DNA of 64,000 nucleotides from assembly GCA_047495785.1 (NCBI GenBank), contig JBLDXI010000010.1, positions 2,294,001 through 2,358,000 of the forward strand. Direction: 5' to 3'. The translations under genes and the position numbers were made by a program. Shown here one piece after another: positions 1 to 13,582 of the stretch. A model generated the notes under the pieces. It was not told the DNA's origin and searched no databases. It saw only the letters and a list, made by a program, of their open reading frames with translations. Positions within the stretch are counted from its first letter, which is position 1; each line of letters opens with the position of its first letter. Source of the DNA: Lepidodermella squamata (taxonomy: Eukaryota > Animalia > Gastrotricha).

Positions 1-422
1 GCTTGGTTTTCATGTCCATATAACTTCTTTGATGTTTGCTTGCCAGCATCTTGCAATGCTGGATCACTCCTATGTACTCGACATATCGGTGCAATCAGTG
101 AGGCAATAATTTATACCCTAATCCACGTCGGCCTATCGACTGAGTCGCAGAAATGCATTTCTATTTAGTCTTATCATTCAGATTCTTTTAGTTGGCTATT
201 TAATGAAAATTGACCCCACTTCAGTGCGTGGCCGTTAATCCTGAATGATATGAGCGCGTCGGGCAAGTGCTTAATTGCCGTTTTTAAATGGCCATTAAGC
301 CTGGCTGAAAAACGTGTCAAAAAGCCAATTAAAACACGCGATCAGCGCACGTACGTAAAATATTAATGCAAGAATTTTTCTGCCCCGTCTAGAACTACTA
401 CTTGTTATACTAAAACGAATGA

Positions 423-3400
423 ATGAACGATTTTGGCCATCTTCCTCAGCCGCAAAAGGTAAGACGAAGGCGAAAAAACCGAGTTAATATTGATAAGTCA
501 AGTCACTTGCGTTGTTTACAGCGGCGGCGGTTACGTTAGACTACGCTGTTCGTAATTATTTATTATACATCGTTCGCTTGGCCTGCTAAGTTGAAAGCAT
601 AGCAGCTGCGGGCAACACTCCGCGCATTGTTGCATTAAACGGGCGGGCGGGGCGTGTCCTCGAAAAATAAACAACAAGATCAATAGCCTGCGTGCGCATT
701 CATATACATACAGACATATCTATATGTAATAATGCATAAATGCGTTGCACATTTCATCGAAATGCCGATGAGTTCGTTTTGTCTTGAGTCCTCCCGTTGT
801 TGTAATCGGAAAAATTAACACACGTGTTGCGACGACTCGATGAATTCGGTTAGTTTTAGGGTTTCTTCATTCAGTAATAAAATTATGCATAGCTGCTTTG
901 TTTACTCGGCGCTAATTTACTAGTTTTCGGTCGAGCTTTGATTAGAGTTGAGAGGCTAAAGCTTTGTCTTGTTATTTCACGACAGTGCATGTCGCCAAGC
1001 CGGCTGCAGTTTATTCTCGATGAAATTCGCTGTTTGAATGCGTCTGTTTCTGAACTGAGCCAAGAAAAGGAGAAGCTGACGGAGAACATTCTTAACGAGC
1101 TCAAAACGTAAGTCTATTTTGATATTTTGTACAAATTATTCATATAATTTCCCGTGAAACAACTCACCGCCAACTTTGAAATATTTTCTAATCTTTCCTA
1201 TAATTTTTTTTACTCGGCGGTCTTATCAGAATAATTATAGAGTCTTATACAGGATTTTTAGATCTTGATTGATTTTTCTCCATTTTCAACAAACTGTTAT
1301 TAATTTCACATTCATCTGGAAAATGTTAAAATTTCCTCAACAAAAGTCTTTTCTCATTCTGCTATGACATATTATTTAAATTTTTTTTATTCGAAATTGC
1401 CAATTTTCTTCAAAGCCTGGCAAAATTAGTGAATTTTCTGGTTTCAAACTGAAATTCTAGTGAAATTCTAGGAGAATTAAAAATTTATCACTGCTTGCAA
1501 ATTTCATTTAGAAATTTGAAAAATGTGAAATTTCTGAATTTTGAAGACTTGGAAAGCTATCAAGGGAAATTTTCAAATAAGTCATATTTTATTTGAAAAT
1601 TAAACAATAATTTATAACCTGCGGTGAATTCCTTTTCGAAACTATTAAAAGTATTTCTGTGGTCCACAATTTTTAATTCAAACTGTGCATTTCTACTTTC
1701 GAATTACGTTTCCGTTCGAAAAGTTCTTCGTCATTTGACCAAGTCTCGTCGTCGTCGAATTCGACCCACGGCGGCAGTAGTGTAGTAACGCAAATCCCCC
1801 TCATCAACAGCCAGGTAAAAAAATGAGAAAAACTAAGAAAAAACCGCTTCATTATCGCTATGAAAAGTTCACCTTGCACGCATATTTTTTAATCGCACTG
1901 CCTGGAGATGGAAAAAATATCACCGGTTTATTGTCCCTTGAGGAATCAAGTGCACTTACGAATCCTTGCTTGATTTCAATTTGTGGTTTATGAGCTTGAG
2001 TTATTTCGTCTCGAATTTTCCCACCGAACTCTATCTAATTTGTGTTGTTGTTGTTGTTATTTTTTTGCCTTGGCTGCTGACATGTGCTGCGATCAGTGTG
2101 CTGGTTGTAACCTGCATGGGACTAGCAGTTGCCAGTGTTGTGAAGCCAACAACTACGTTAATAGCCAGCACGTTAATATCGCCAACCCCGCTGCGGCTGC
2201 CGCGAACCACCTCCTCTCGTCGTCGATTACCGGCATTGACCTTGTTTCAAGCACCGTCGACGTCAATAAGGTCCGCTTTAGTTTTGCTTTGGTTTTTTTC
2301 CAACCTAACCTTACCTTATTTTTATTCACAACCACCTGCATGTTTAAAATATGTCAGATATATCTATTTTATTGTTACGTGGTGATAGGACTTTGACGAA
2401 ATTTCAAAGCTAAATTGTTGGTCGATTTATGAAGAAAATGAGGTAATCGAAGGAAATTACCCCTAAATTGTCCATCCAAGTCTGATTTCGAGCGAAATTT
2501 TAGTCTTAACCATGCAAAATTACTATCTGAAATATTCTAGTACAAAAGCCTTCCTAAATTTCGAGTGGATGGATCTTTTGCGATTTTCTGTCCAATTCGG
2601 GAGGAAATGGACAAAATTCATGCACTTACGATTTCCCCACAATTTTGCAAATTGATATTTATTTAGATAAAGCTAAGGCTACGCAGTTGAATTGGATGTT
2701 GGATTTTTTAGAATTTAAAAAGATTTTTCAACTTGGCCAAAGTTAAATAGATTTTCGGAGGCTGAGCTCGGTTGACAAAAATCCCTAAATTAACCCTTAG
2801 CCGCCGAAGACGTGTACACGCGTTAATTCCGGAGAAAATTCACCGTGGTCGGAGGAGTTGGGCTATCGAACCCATTGTTGCGTCATAAATTATGATAAAT
2901 CAACAGCAAGAAACAAGCACTCCCCGATAATCCAAATTTTCAAAGCCATTCTGACCTGGTCGAAAATAGTGAGAAAAAATGTAAATGACTTGTTAACACG
3001 TCGTGAAAACGCGTTAACCCTTTCACGGCGGGAAGGACGATTTCGGAATTCCGACTTTGCTAATTCACAGTTCCATCAATTTAACGAATTTTTCCATCAT
3101 AATTGGCAAAATACTACTTTTGGATGTTGCCTACAAGAATCCGAAAGTCAAATTTAGGTATCTCTTCCTCTCCTGGAATACTATCAATTTTAAAATTTCA
3201 AACAGATGCACGTTTTTCTTATTTTTTTTCAATCAGGTAAAACGATATATTGGGTATTTTTCCTGGTCTATCTGACTTCACAGGCGTGTCCGGCAGGGTC
3301 TAATTGACTACCCATTTCGTTTTTTCGAAATTCCATGAAAAACAGACAGCACAATAGCCTGGCTGACGATTTCTATGAATTCATCCGGATGAATCTATAT

Positions 3401-6400
3401 TTGAAAAAATAGCGGGATTGAACATTTCAGTGAAACCAGTAACTGATGGGAAATATGCGCATCAGGCCTTAGAATAGCATGTCGTTGCCGATTTTCCGAT
3501 TCCTTCCTTAATTTACTGGAAATTTAAAAAATTCGATTTTTTTGCTTGGCTGAAAAAAAATTCCGCCGTGAAAGGGTTAACACGTCATAGCAACGGCAAC
3601 CCAGGTAAATTTCTTCTGAAAAAGAGGTTCGGCTTTCAATCTAAGGCTAAATGTAAGACTTTCTGCCGACTCAGAATTTGATTTTAGCCTCTTCTTGATT
3701 TTCTGGGATTTTTTGAAAGGTGCTCGAGTTAACACGTCATTGCGCCGGCGGCTAAGGGTTAAGCAGAATCTGCACGTTTAGAAACTAGATACTGACATTT
3801 TTGCTTGGGAATGGTACAAAGTTTAGATTAGTTTTTCGAAATTCGGAGAAAAAGTGAAATTAAAAAAGTTCAAGGTAATCGTGGGCATTTTACATTAATT
3901 CAGTTTTTAATTTGAATGACCAGTTACTTCATAAAGAATTGTTTTGATCTCAATTGGAAATGACTTGAGCTTTTGCCAATTTAACATTATTTTAACAATC
4001 GTTTCAATTTCATGAAATTTTTAAAATTTTTAAAATTTTCTAGCGTAATTTGATGCAGAGCTCGAGTTTCAGCACTCGGCTAGACAACGCATCATCCCCG
4101 ATCGGCAACAGCAGCACAATCCCGCGCCGTCTAACCTTCCCAATCCAGCAATTCCAAACCACCTCAACGCCACAAATGCAGCAGAACCCCGTGCAACAAT
4201 CCGCATCTGGCTACTTGATTTTCGGCGCAAACCAGCCGCCAACGCCGATCCAGCCGCGGCCAAACAGCAGCCAAGCGCAGCAGCATTTGAGCCAAATCGA
4301 CGGCGTGCGGCAGCAAGTGACGCGCGAAGTCGAGAGTCTGAAATCGAAACTCGAGCAGTCGGAAAACGGGCGAAATAACCTGGTGCACGAATTGGCGCAA
4401 ATGCGAAACCAACTCGATAGGCTGGAACAGTTGAAAAGCCCGCAACTTTTTGTTGAGCCGCCTCATCATCATCAACAACAACAGCAGCAGCAACAGCCTC
4501 ATCAAAATCCGCCCGAATTTTTGCTGGAGAGATTCATGTCAGAATTCGGCGATTTGAAGCAGCAAATTGCGAATATTCGAAAAGAACCGGCTCAACAACC
4601 GTCGAAACCGAGCGAGGACGTTAAATTGCTGGCGGTTGAGAGTGAGCGCAAACGCCTCGAGCAACTCGTTCGAAATCTATCGAGTCAAATCGAGCATTTA
4701 GCGACGGCTAGCCAACGGCCGGCGGCTGTCGTTCATCAGCCGCAAATTTCGGCCGAGAGTTTGGTTGTAACCGAGTTGCGGCGGGTTGCCCAGTCGTTGT
4801 CGTCTGAGCTGAACGATTGCCGGGCGCGGTTGAAGGAGGCGAATTCGCAGGTGTTGGCCGCGTCCGAGTTAAAGGCGCGCCAGCCGATGCTCGAGGCGGA
4901 GATTTCACGGCTGCGCAACGACGCCGAGTCGGCGAGTTCACGGTCGGCCGAGTTGAAGCTGCAGTTGGCGGCGGCGAATGAGAAACTCGCCAAGTTGGGC
5001 ACCGATTTCGAGGCGAAATTGAAGGCGGAGCAGGCGGCGCAGATGCGCGATGTCGAGTCGCAGCGGCAAGTTCAGGAGCTCAAATCCCAGGTTTGTGGAA
5101 TTTGTTTTCGAATTCGACAGTTGCACACCTTAAATTTTTGGTTCCACGTCTTTGATAAATCTCTCTATTTCGCGCTATGAGCCGTCAATTTTCGAGTTAT
5201 CCTTCAGCCGATATCGATTCCAAGCCGGATATCGGAAAAAATCACTGATTTGCAAAATCGATACGTGGAATCGATATCGGTCTTACTTTTATCAAAAACG
5301 AAGTTTGAATTGAATTTTCAAAAATAATTCCATCTTGAATGCGTTTTCGTGCAAACAAATTTGACTTGAGCTTAACCCAGTTCATTAATAGTACATAGAA
5401 TCATGAAAATTAAAAGTTCAAAATGAAGATCATTCGTGTCCTCGTCTGCCACGTTGTGGTTTTGTTACCTGTGAGATTGTGGGCGGAACTGTTGAAACGC
5501 CTCGCGTCAGTAGCGGCTTCGATTTCACCATGGCCGCCTCGAGTAACACGCCGAACGCCGAAGCTTCACATTCTGCCAATCGCCAAGCGAATTCTCGTTG
5601 ACGCGATAATATTTGTCATATCTTTAATTTACTCGTGCTTGAATAGAAAAAACTGGTAGACACGTTTTGCAGCGTTTGTTGACGTAGGTGATTTGGTTAT
5701 CGGACCAAAGCAGCCCGCTGCTCCAATCACTGCGAGTGCAAAGCACCTGATGTCTGGAATAAGTGATGCCATTGACATTTTCAGGGTGGCGATCTGGCCG
5801 GCCAACACAATAGCGAAAATATTATGACGACCGAAATAGCCAACAACATAATACATTATTGTAACCATCCCGCCCCCAGATTTTTGTTTTTTCAAAATCC
5901 AACGCTAGTTACGTTTAACGACGAAATTTTATCATAGCCGAAAGTCGGCTACCCTCTCCTCGATCAGGTTCTGCTTTTTTTGAAGACCCATGATGAGGCT
6001 CCACAGCTGCGGGTGGTTCTTGGCATTTCTGGCCATAAATTGCCGATGCTGAGCCTCGTGAAAGTTGTCGGTGCGAGGTAGCGAATTTTCAACGCGCTTC
6101 ACCATGTTCCAGAGCTCGACGTCGAATTCTGGAGGGACACTTTGCTGGCCGTGTCACGGACCCAATTCTTGTCGAAATATTGGTAGAGCTCTGCTATTTT
6201 TCGGTATTTTGCCTCGACAGACGCAAGAGCGGCATCGAGAAGGGCGAAAACGCGGGGCGAGGCGTTTGATGCGAACTCGCACCTCCTCATCGTCCGAGCA
6301 AACTAGTTTCAATCCAAGCACGCAGGTGTGCCTCCAAACACATTGCGCATCATTTGGATGCGCAAGATGGCAACATTTCAGTTTCATTTAGGCCCAACAG

Positions 6401-9400
6401 ATTGTCGAGGGGCATGCGGTGCCGAAATTAGAAATCTCTCCTTATGACTTCATTATAAGACTCATTGCCATTGTTGGTTGAAGGGTAACCTGGGGCGTAG
6501 CCTTCAAACCAGGTATTTTGCCATTTATTGTCTAGCCATCCCGAACGAAAATGCGCTTCCGCTTCGCCTTGCTGCTGTGTAACGTTGTACCAGCGGTTTT
6601 GACGGGCAGTCTAAATGGCGTTGATGACCCAAATCGATGTGAGTGGGTGGACCCCAAGAACATTTTGGTGGCCGCAGAATCTTGCCGTTATATAATTTGT
6701 CTCACTCGCGTCAACCGGTAGTTGTCACCTCATACTTAATTTTCCGTTTCTTCTTCTTTGGGCTTTGGTTCATACATCGGAATCGGTTTATTCTTCACCT
6801 TGAACTCGTCGAGGTCAGAGAAATATCGAATTCCGTATTAACGTCAAAGTTAAGTAAAGTAAGGCTCCCGGATTTCGAGCCTGATTCTCCGTCTCGCTTT
6901 TCGAGTCCTAAAGCTGTCCATTCAGCGAGTAAAAAATATCTCAGAATATGCTTCATTTTAAGATTATTCTCGCAGCGAAATTCATTGTTGAAAGTGTAAA
7001 CAGGACCCTTTAATAGTAAATTTCTTGCTCTATTTAACAAATTCTAAATTGAAATTTACTGACAATTTGTTTTCAATTTTTTAGGTAGCTTTGGTGAAGT
7101 CTCAAAACGAGAAATTGGCCCTCGAGTTGCAACTGAAAGCCGAAAAAGTGCTCGAACTCGAGAAGCTACGCGACGCCCTTCAAACGCAGCAGGCCAATCA
7201 ACTGGCGATGAACGCCGAGCACCACCACCAGTTTTTCGGCGAAATCGAGCAGTTAAAGCACGAAAACAACGAACTGAAACGGCGAGTCGGCGCGCTGGCA
7301 GCCGAGGCCGAGCAGCTGCAGCGGGTTCGCCTAGAGGCGAGGCAAGCGTCGGTTGAAAACGAGTCGTTGGAACAGGCGAAGAAGAGCCTCGAGGTGGAAA
7401 CGCAGCGATTCGAGGCCGAGTTACGGTTGGCTAAGCAGCAGTTGGCTCAAGCGAATCGAGAGCAAGAATTCACGAATTCTGAGCTCGAAACCGCGAGGCA
7501 AGAACGCATTCGGTTGATGGACGAGTTGAGCAAGGCGAGAATAGCCCTCGAAAACGTCTCGCGCGATCGCGATGACGCCTACGAGGAGGAACTGGCGCAG
7601 CTCAAGAACCAGCTCGTGTCCTCTCGCACAGTGTTCAGGTGCAACCAGGACGAGGCGAGGGCGTTGTTTCTGTCCGTCTCCGCCGAGTTGGACGCTGTCG
7701 TTGATAAAACGGTGTTCGCGCTCTCCCTAGTTCTGCCTCAGGTCGACAGCGAGCCGCAGCATACGTCTAACAATTTGGTAAGAAATTTCCAATGTTTTTT
7801 TTTTATGTTTTCTAGTCATTTTCGTATTTTTCTACATTTGGCTTCGATTTTTTTTAATTTTCAATTGAAGCAAAAATTTGAAGCGTCTCGGTGAAAAATT
7901 TGAAAAATTTAATTTTAATTGATTGAAATTGAAATTGAAAGTTCTGTTAAAGTTTTTAAATAATTTTCCCATTTTATGATCTATTAGCAAAATTAATTCC
8001 ATATTTGTCTAAATTTTCTTATGAGACTTAATTTTCAAAGAAACTATTTTAAATAATATGGAGAAATATATTTCGCGCAAATTCACCGCGGAAACACAAC
8101 AGCCAAGCGTAATGACAATTTCACAAGTGTGATTCATCATTTTTCCTCACGTTTTTCGCTAGGATTAAGTGTTTTTATCGGTGTAGTTGTAGTTTTTGAC
8201 CTTCAAATCTTGGTACTCAAGACAGAAATTTTGTTCATGTGTACTTGCGGGATAAATTAATTCCAAATTTCATATCGATTCTCTCATCTGTCACAAGGGT
8301 AAATTAAGTACCCTAGACATTATTATTTTTATTTCTTATCACTGAATAGCCGATAAAAATTGAATTTGTCCGGAAATTATTAGGCAATATAAATTTTTGA
8401 TATATGCCTCGAAATTTCAAGGCCAGTGACGTTCTCGTATCCTATATCAATAAGAATCGCGGCCGATATGATGATGACGAAAAATGAACGAAAAATCGAT
8501 GGTAAATTCAAGAGCGGAAAATAAGAGATTAGCACTGTGTAGTAGGCGCCCACTGGGGGATATCCGCTTACCGCTCGTTAGACATTATACCGCTCGTCTG
8601 TATAATACTCAAAGGCTAATAACAGCCGCAGAAAAGTGAACCAGGCATGCGAAAACGCGGAAGGATAGAATGACGTAAAATTAATTCAAAAATATTCACC
8701 GTGAGTTTCAATTTCTCGTGACTCAGGATATGCGGGTGATAAATAATTGATTTTTTTTCATTCAAAAAATGCTAATAAGATTAATTTCCTTTTTTTCATG
8801 GATTGCAAGGCCACAAAATTGCGCTGTTTTTCGACTCTGAATTGAAAACAAAGTTTCACTGTGAGAAAGTTTGAACAATTCGATTTGAAAGCGATAATTG
8901 AAAAAAATCGAGATTTTCATCGAATTAAAAAAATCGAATAATCTGAAAAACTGAAATATTTAGATCTGATATTTAATTGTTTTTGTAAAGGCTGTCGACA
9001 GTCCCCCGACGCCGTTGAATTTGAACAAAGTGCAAGATTCAGCGGCAATGGCGCGTTTCCTGGCCGACAAAATTGCCTGGATAAGCCGAAACCTCGAAAA
9101 GCTGTGTACACTGCTCGACCGGTACCCGTTGGCTACTTTCACGAGTAATTTAGGGGTGAGATCGGCGTCCTTTCACGGCGCACCGCCCGCCAGTCCGGCG
9201 CCGGCGAGAATTCGCGACGAAGACCTGCTCAATGCGGCCTATCGATGCGTCCAGGTTAGTAATAACGAAAATTTCATTTGATAAATCCGTGATAGTTTTG
9301 GCATGGTGATTAAATCGTATTGTTTCGATGTGAAAAATTGGTACTCTAACCTTTGCTTGACGCTTGATATCGATGAAACAAATATTTAAAAAAAAAATTC

Positions 9401-10999
9401 AATCATCATCAACAATTAAATGGTTGAAAATTTGGCAATAACCGTAGAATTTCAAAATTAATAATTTCTCAAATTTTGATGAAAGTTAAAATATTTGGCT
9501 TTTCATGAGTCATTAATTAAGTCAGCCGTGGGAAAATTTGTACGGCGTTAATTGGCCATTTCAGTCGTGATTTCGCGTGGGAAATTAGATCTATCAATTG
9601 CGGCTATGTCTCGAATTTGATTTAAATATGGAGCTTTTTTCAATGAAATTCACCGTGACTTTGTTTCATCGATTATATGCAAAATAATTAGGGTGATTGA
9701 TTGGTATTTTAATATCGTGCTCGATCCCAAATGTTTGATGCATGTATTTTGCATTATTTGATCCAACCCGTGTTTAGAACCCCCAACAACAGCAAGCGCC
9801 GTCGTCATCATACTCGGCAACGCGGCGCCGGTCGCGCTCGAAAAGCCCTCAGCGCCGGTTCACAATGGGCGGCGAGCCGGGCGAAAATAATGGAAGCCAA
9901 AGCCCGGTCCACGGCCTCGCCCCGGGCTATTACGCAACGAGGCGAACGTACTCGATGTCAAATGTCGTTGACGGTGATTTGAACGCGCATGATTTGTCAA
10001 CGGTATGTTTTTTTGGCAACAACAAAATTCAAGTAAAAATTGGCTTCGCTTGTTCTACTTACTTTGTTATTATTATTACTAATTTATTATTATTGCTACT
10101 TTACCCACGCATGAGAGATTTTTGTTGTATGTACTAAGTGTGTATATATATGTATGAGTGTGTGTAGTCTGTTGCCAGGCGTTGATATGTGACAGTTTTT
10201 CCTCAATATTAGCCAAGTCCCACGCTAACGTGCGGTTATGACTCATCACTATGGAATGATCTCAAAATTTCACCAATTTAAATTCCTACAGATCACATGC
10301 GTATTTTTACGATGAATGAACATCGATACCTGAATAGCAAAATTAAAATATGAATGAAAAAGTGGAACTTCAAATTTTAGGGAGTAAAATTTCAAATTTT
10401 GTTGAAATGAAAATTTAAAGTTAATACGCGTGGGATTCTGAAAGATCTTTTGTCACGAGGAATTTTTTATTTCATTTTTCGAGGTAATTTCTCTGATTTA
10501 CTATATTTGGCAGTTTCAATCCTCTAAGCCACGCCTCATTTTGATTGATTTTTCTTTCGTTTTTTTCACGGCCCACGATTCTAATCAAATAATTTACTAC
10601 GCCGTGGGATATGCAAGTCCGCGGATTAATTGGGATTTGAATTCTCATCGGTGAATAAACCTGTTTTATATTCTAATTTTGTTGTACTTATTGCAGCAAT
10701 CGCAATTCGAACGCGGCAAGCTGTTCGATTTGATCCTGCGATCGCAGCAAATTCTCGGCGATTTGAAGGTCGACCTGTCAGAATCTGACAAAATTATGTC
10801 GAAAATCAAACCGCAGCCGGGCCGGTCATCGATGCGTGGCCGCTACCCCTCCTGCTCAGATTTGTGCGCTGCTGATGCTGCTGCGAACCACACCGCCTCT
10901 TTCAATAATAATAATAACAATAACTACAATCAGCATTTCGAATCTTCCGGTGGCGCGAATATTACGGGCGAAAATTTGCGCCACTACGACCGCAGTTGA
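423..10999 (+). CDS. Multi-exon coiled-coil protein of unknown identity (~980 aa)
   Basis: Firm in-frame GT-AG exons: 4044-5090, 7085-7777, 8991-9254, 9778-10002, 10697-10999. Probable 5' exons: 423-458, 986-1107, 1724-1814, ~2169-2270, 2389-2442; phases are compatible but these are less certain. Long E/Q/L/K/R heptad tracts plus poly-Q and poly-N runs. Confidence 0.7.
2794..3758. mobile_element. Non-autonomous piggyBac-type element (outer)
   Basis: TTAA on both sides (2790-2793, 3759-3762); perfect 13-bp TIR CCCTTAGCCGCCG / CGGCGGCTAAGGG; no transposase. Confidence 0.85.
3018..3576. mobile_element. Non-autonomous piggyBac-type MITE nested in the outer element
   Basis: TTAA at 3014-3017 and 3577-3580; perfect 14-bp TIR CCCTTTCACGGCGG / CCGCCGTGAAAGGG. 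Confidence 0.88.
5900..6650 (-). mobile_element. Degenerate Mutator (MULE) transposase remnant in intron
   Basis: Frameshifted pieces QCVWRH..LGL...SDDEEVR.RIKRL, LYQYFDKNWV and PRTDNFHEAQHRQF...HPQLWSLI resemble the MULE YFxxxW / PRTNNxxExxH / HPxIW signature. Boundaries approximate. Confidence 0.65.
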
Positions 11000-12018
11000 T
11001 ATTGAAAAGAAATTGGATTGAAATGAGTATCAATTTTAATCGATTTTTACTATTATTTAATGATTTCCGCCATTTTCTCGCCTTTTCTACGGTTTTACGT
11101 CATTACTTCTACCTATCTTGAATATTTGTGATATTTATGCAGTTGAAAGGTATTCAGTGTATATAAACAAACGTCGGCGTTTTTTCTACGATTTCTCGCA
11201 GTTTTGAATCGCTCGCACTGAAGCATCATGCGCACGTTGTTTAGTGTTTTTCTTGAGGGTGCGTCGTGAATCACGGTCTACAATTTCGAGTCATAATTTA
11301 TTCATCGATTCATACTCACGTCACCTGTGCGCGGCGGGTCGATCGCCGCATTGTTTTTTTTCTATTCATCTGTTGCAACGAGAAATTTCGGCTTACTATA
11401 CGAACGAACCGCTTCCTTGTTTTTACTGAGATGAAGAATAAAATTTACGAGAACAACGCCTATTGGTGTTTTTCATGAAAAAATGGTATTTTATTGATTT
11501 TTTCAACCTTCTCATTGCGCGTTTGTCAAAAAAGTAGCCAACAATTATGATCAAGGTAAACGCAGGTCGTGGTTAATTTTCACATTGGACCATCGCACGC
11601 ACGGTTGGTTCAATTGGCCGCCTGAAAAAAACGATTGTTTCCCGATCATCAAAACCAAGAAGAGAGAGAGAGAGGAAAGCACGGTATCATGTTGTTTTTT
11701 CTCATTTCAATTCACATTTTTTGTAAGTTATATTGGAGACGCGAAGTAAGAGTTGCAAGAAGAAATAAATGGATGATCATAATTTTTCGAAGGATAAATC
11801 AACAAAAAAAACAGCGCGAGAACAAAAAATGAACCGGTGATAATTACTTATTGACTTCTCTTAAATAAATTAATAATCGATTAATCAATTTAACAGATAT
11901 GAATAATAATCATAAAACAAAGAAATATTATCATTTTCTAGTTGCCAAATTTCAGGCATTTTTTGTAAACCCAAAAATTTCGCAAATTTAAATAATGAGC
12001 AAAATCAGTCGCAAAAAG

Positions 12019-13582
12019 CTATAAAAAACACGACTCTGCGTTGTGGTGGTGGTGATGAACAGTTGATCCGTCGTTCGAGCCCCCTGTTCGGCATCGTTTC
12101 GGCGGCAGCGGCACTAGCATCATAACTTTATTCGCCGAACCAGCCCGCCCCGATGAGTTATTGCACGGATCGCACGGGTCATCGTCGAAATCTGACGAGC
12201 CGCTTAAACTGACGGAAGATGACGATCCGACTTCATCGTGGCCGTTGCTCGACCGCCGCGATGACGCGCATTCCGATTCGAATTCGTTCAGCTGCGCGAG
12301 GAAATTGAAGTTGGGCGCGATTATCGGCCGCAGTTTTGCCAGCAGTTGATATGCGTCAGAAAACGCCATGTTTTTACGGCCTATTAAGTAGGCCAAAACA
12401 ATGGATGGCGAACGCGATATGCCAGCTTGACAATGCACAAGAACCTTGCCCCCTGCTCTCTCGGCAGAATCTGTGGTATAAAAATTAACCCGGTTAATAT
12501 CATCGATGAATAAGCTAGCGAGATAAGATAAGAGAAACGGAAAATTTGAAAACAAAAAACGCACCTATGAAATCCGAGGCCTCGTCAAAGTATTGTCTTA
12601 TGTTATCGCTATCAGTATCGCATGCTGGGAGACGCTTGTATGAGAGACGATTTTCATAAAAACACGGTATATGCGTTGTCACATTAAGCACATGAGTGAT
12701 GTTATGTTGGGTCAAAAATCGTAAATCCTTCGCATCGAACTCGGATCCTAAAATAAATTATAGCAAAATAAATAAACGAAAACCTGAAACTGAACTGAAC
12801 AAACCAATAAAAACATGAGACAAAATCTCGCTTGGAAGAAAGGTGCAAAAATCAGGACCACTTTGCTCCGGGGACATGACTAACATGCTTGAAGCTCGTG
12901 GTATCAAACTCGACGTTTTATCCGGTGAAAGTAACCTCCGCGCAAGATTTGCACTTCCCTTAGCGGGGCTTTGCACGGGTAATGAGTTAGAGTCATGTAG
13001 CTCGGCGGCGAATAAATTCGCAGGCCGAAGACAAACAACCTCGCTTACACACAACGCTGGATACTGAGAAGAAAAGGCCGAGAAGCCACCTAAAAATACA
13101 GAAGTTAAACAATTTAAAAGCCCAGGATAGGAGTACAAACCTATTAACAAAAATACGTCGTTGTTATGCGCCTGTAGCTCTTCTACAAACGGCACTACAT
13201 ATGGCACACATTCCTTGAGAGCAGTTGAATTTTCGTCGTAGATGATAAACTTCTTCTTGCCTTTCGTTACGCTAAGTGATTGATTGGGAAAATAGCTACC
13301 ACCCGCCGACGAAGCAGTAACGTGTTGGACCAATTGAACGAGGTTATTGTTATATAGCGCCATCATTTTGTCAAAAGATTGTGCGCTGAATATATGATGC
13401 GCCGCAAATCTTTCATACTTTCGGCAATCGAATATCACATAATCGTTGTGTAGATGATCGCCCAAACAGCCAGAAGATCGACCATTCCGCAGAACACCTG
13501 CGAAGTCTTCAACCGACATTCCACTTACTTTAAGCGATGCAGTGGGGATTTCGAATAGGGAGCAAGGTCTTCTCGATGACAT
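12019..13582 (-). CDS. Dual-specificity MAP kinase phosphatase (rhodanese + DSP domain), ~453 aa
   Basis: Exons 13582-13141, 13089-12805, 12747-12565, 12470-12019 (introns 51, 57, 94 nt). Active site VHCQAGISRS, IAPNFNFLAQL motif, and N-terminal CH2-like IFDCR..HI.SA and LIGGFSAF. Confidence 0.92.

Noticed and set aside
1983-2168. Cys-rich metallothionein-like ORF (MCCDQCAGC...CQCC)
   Set aside because: May arise from TGT-rich intronic sequence ahead of a short exon; cannot be supported without transcripts.
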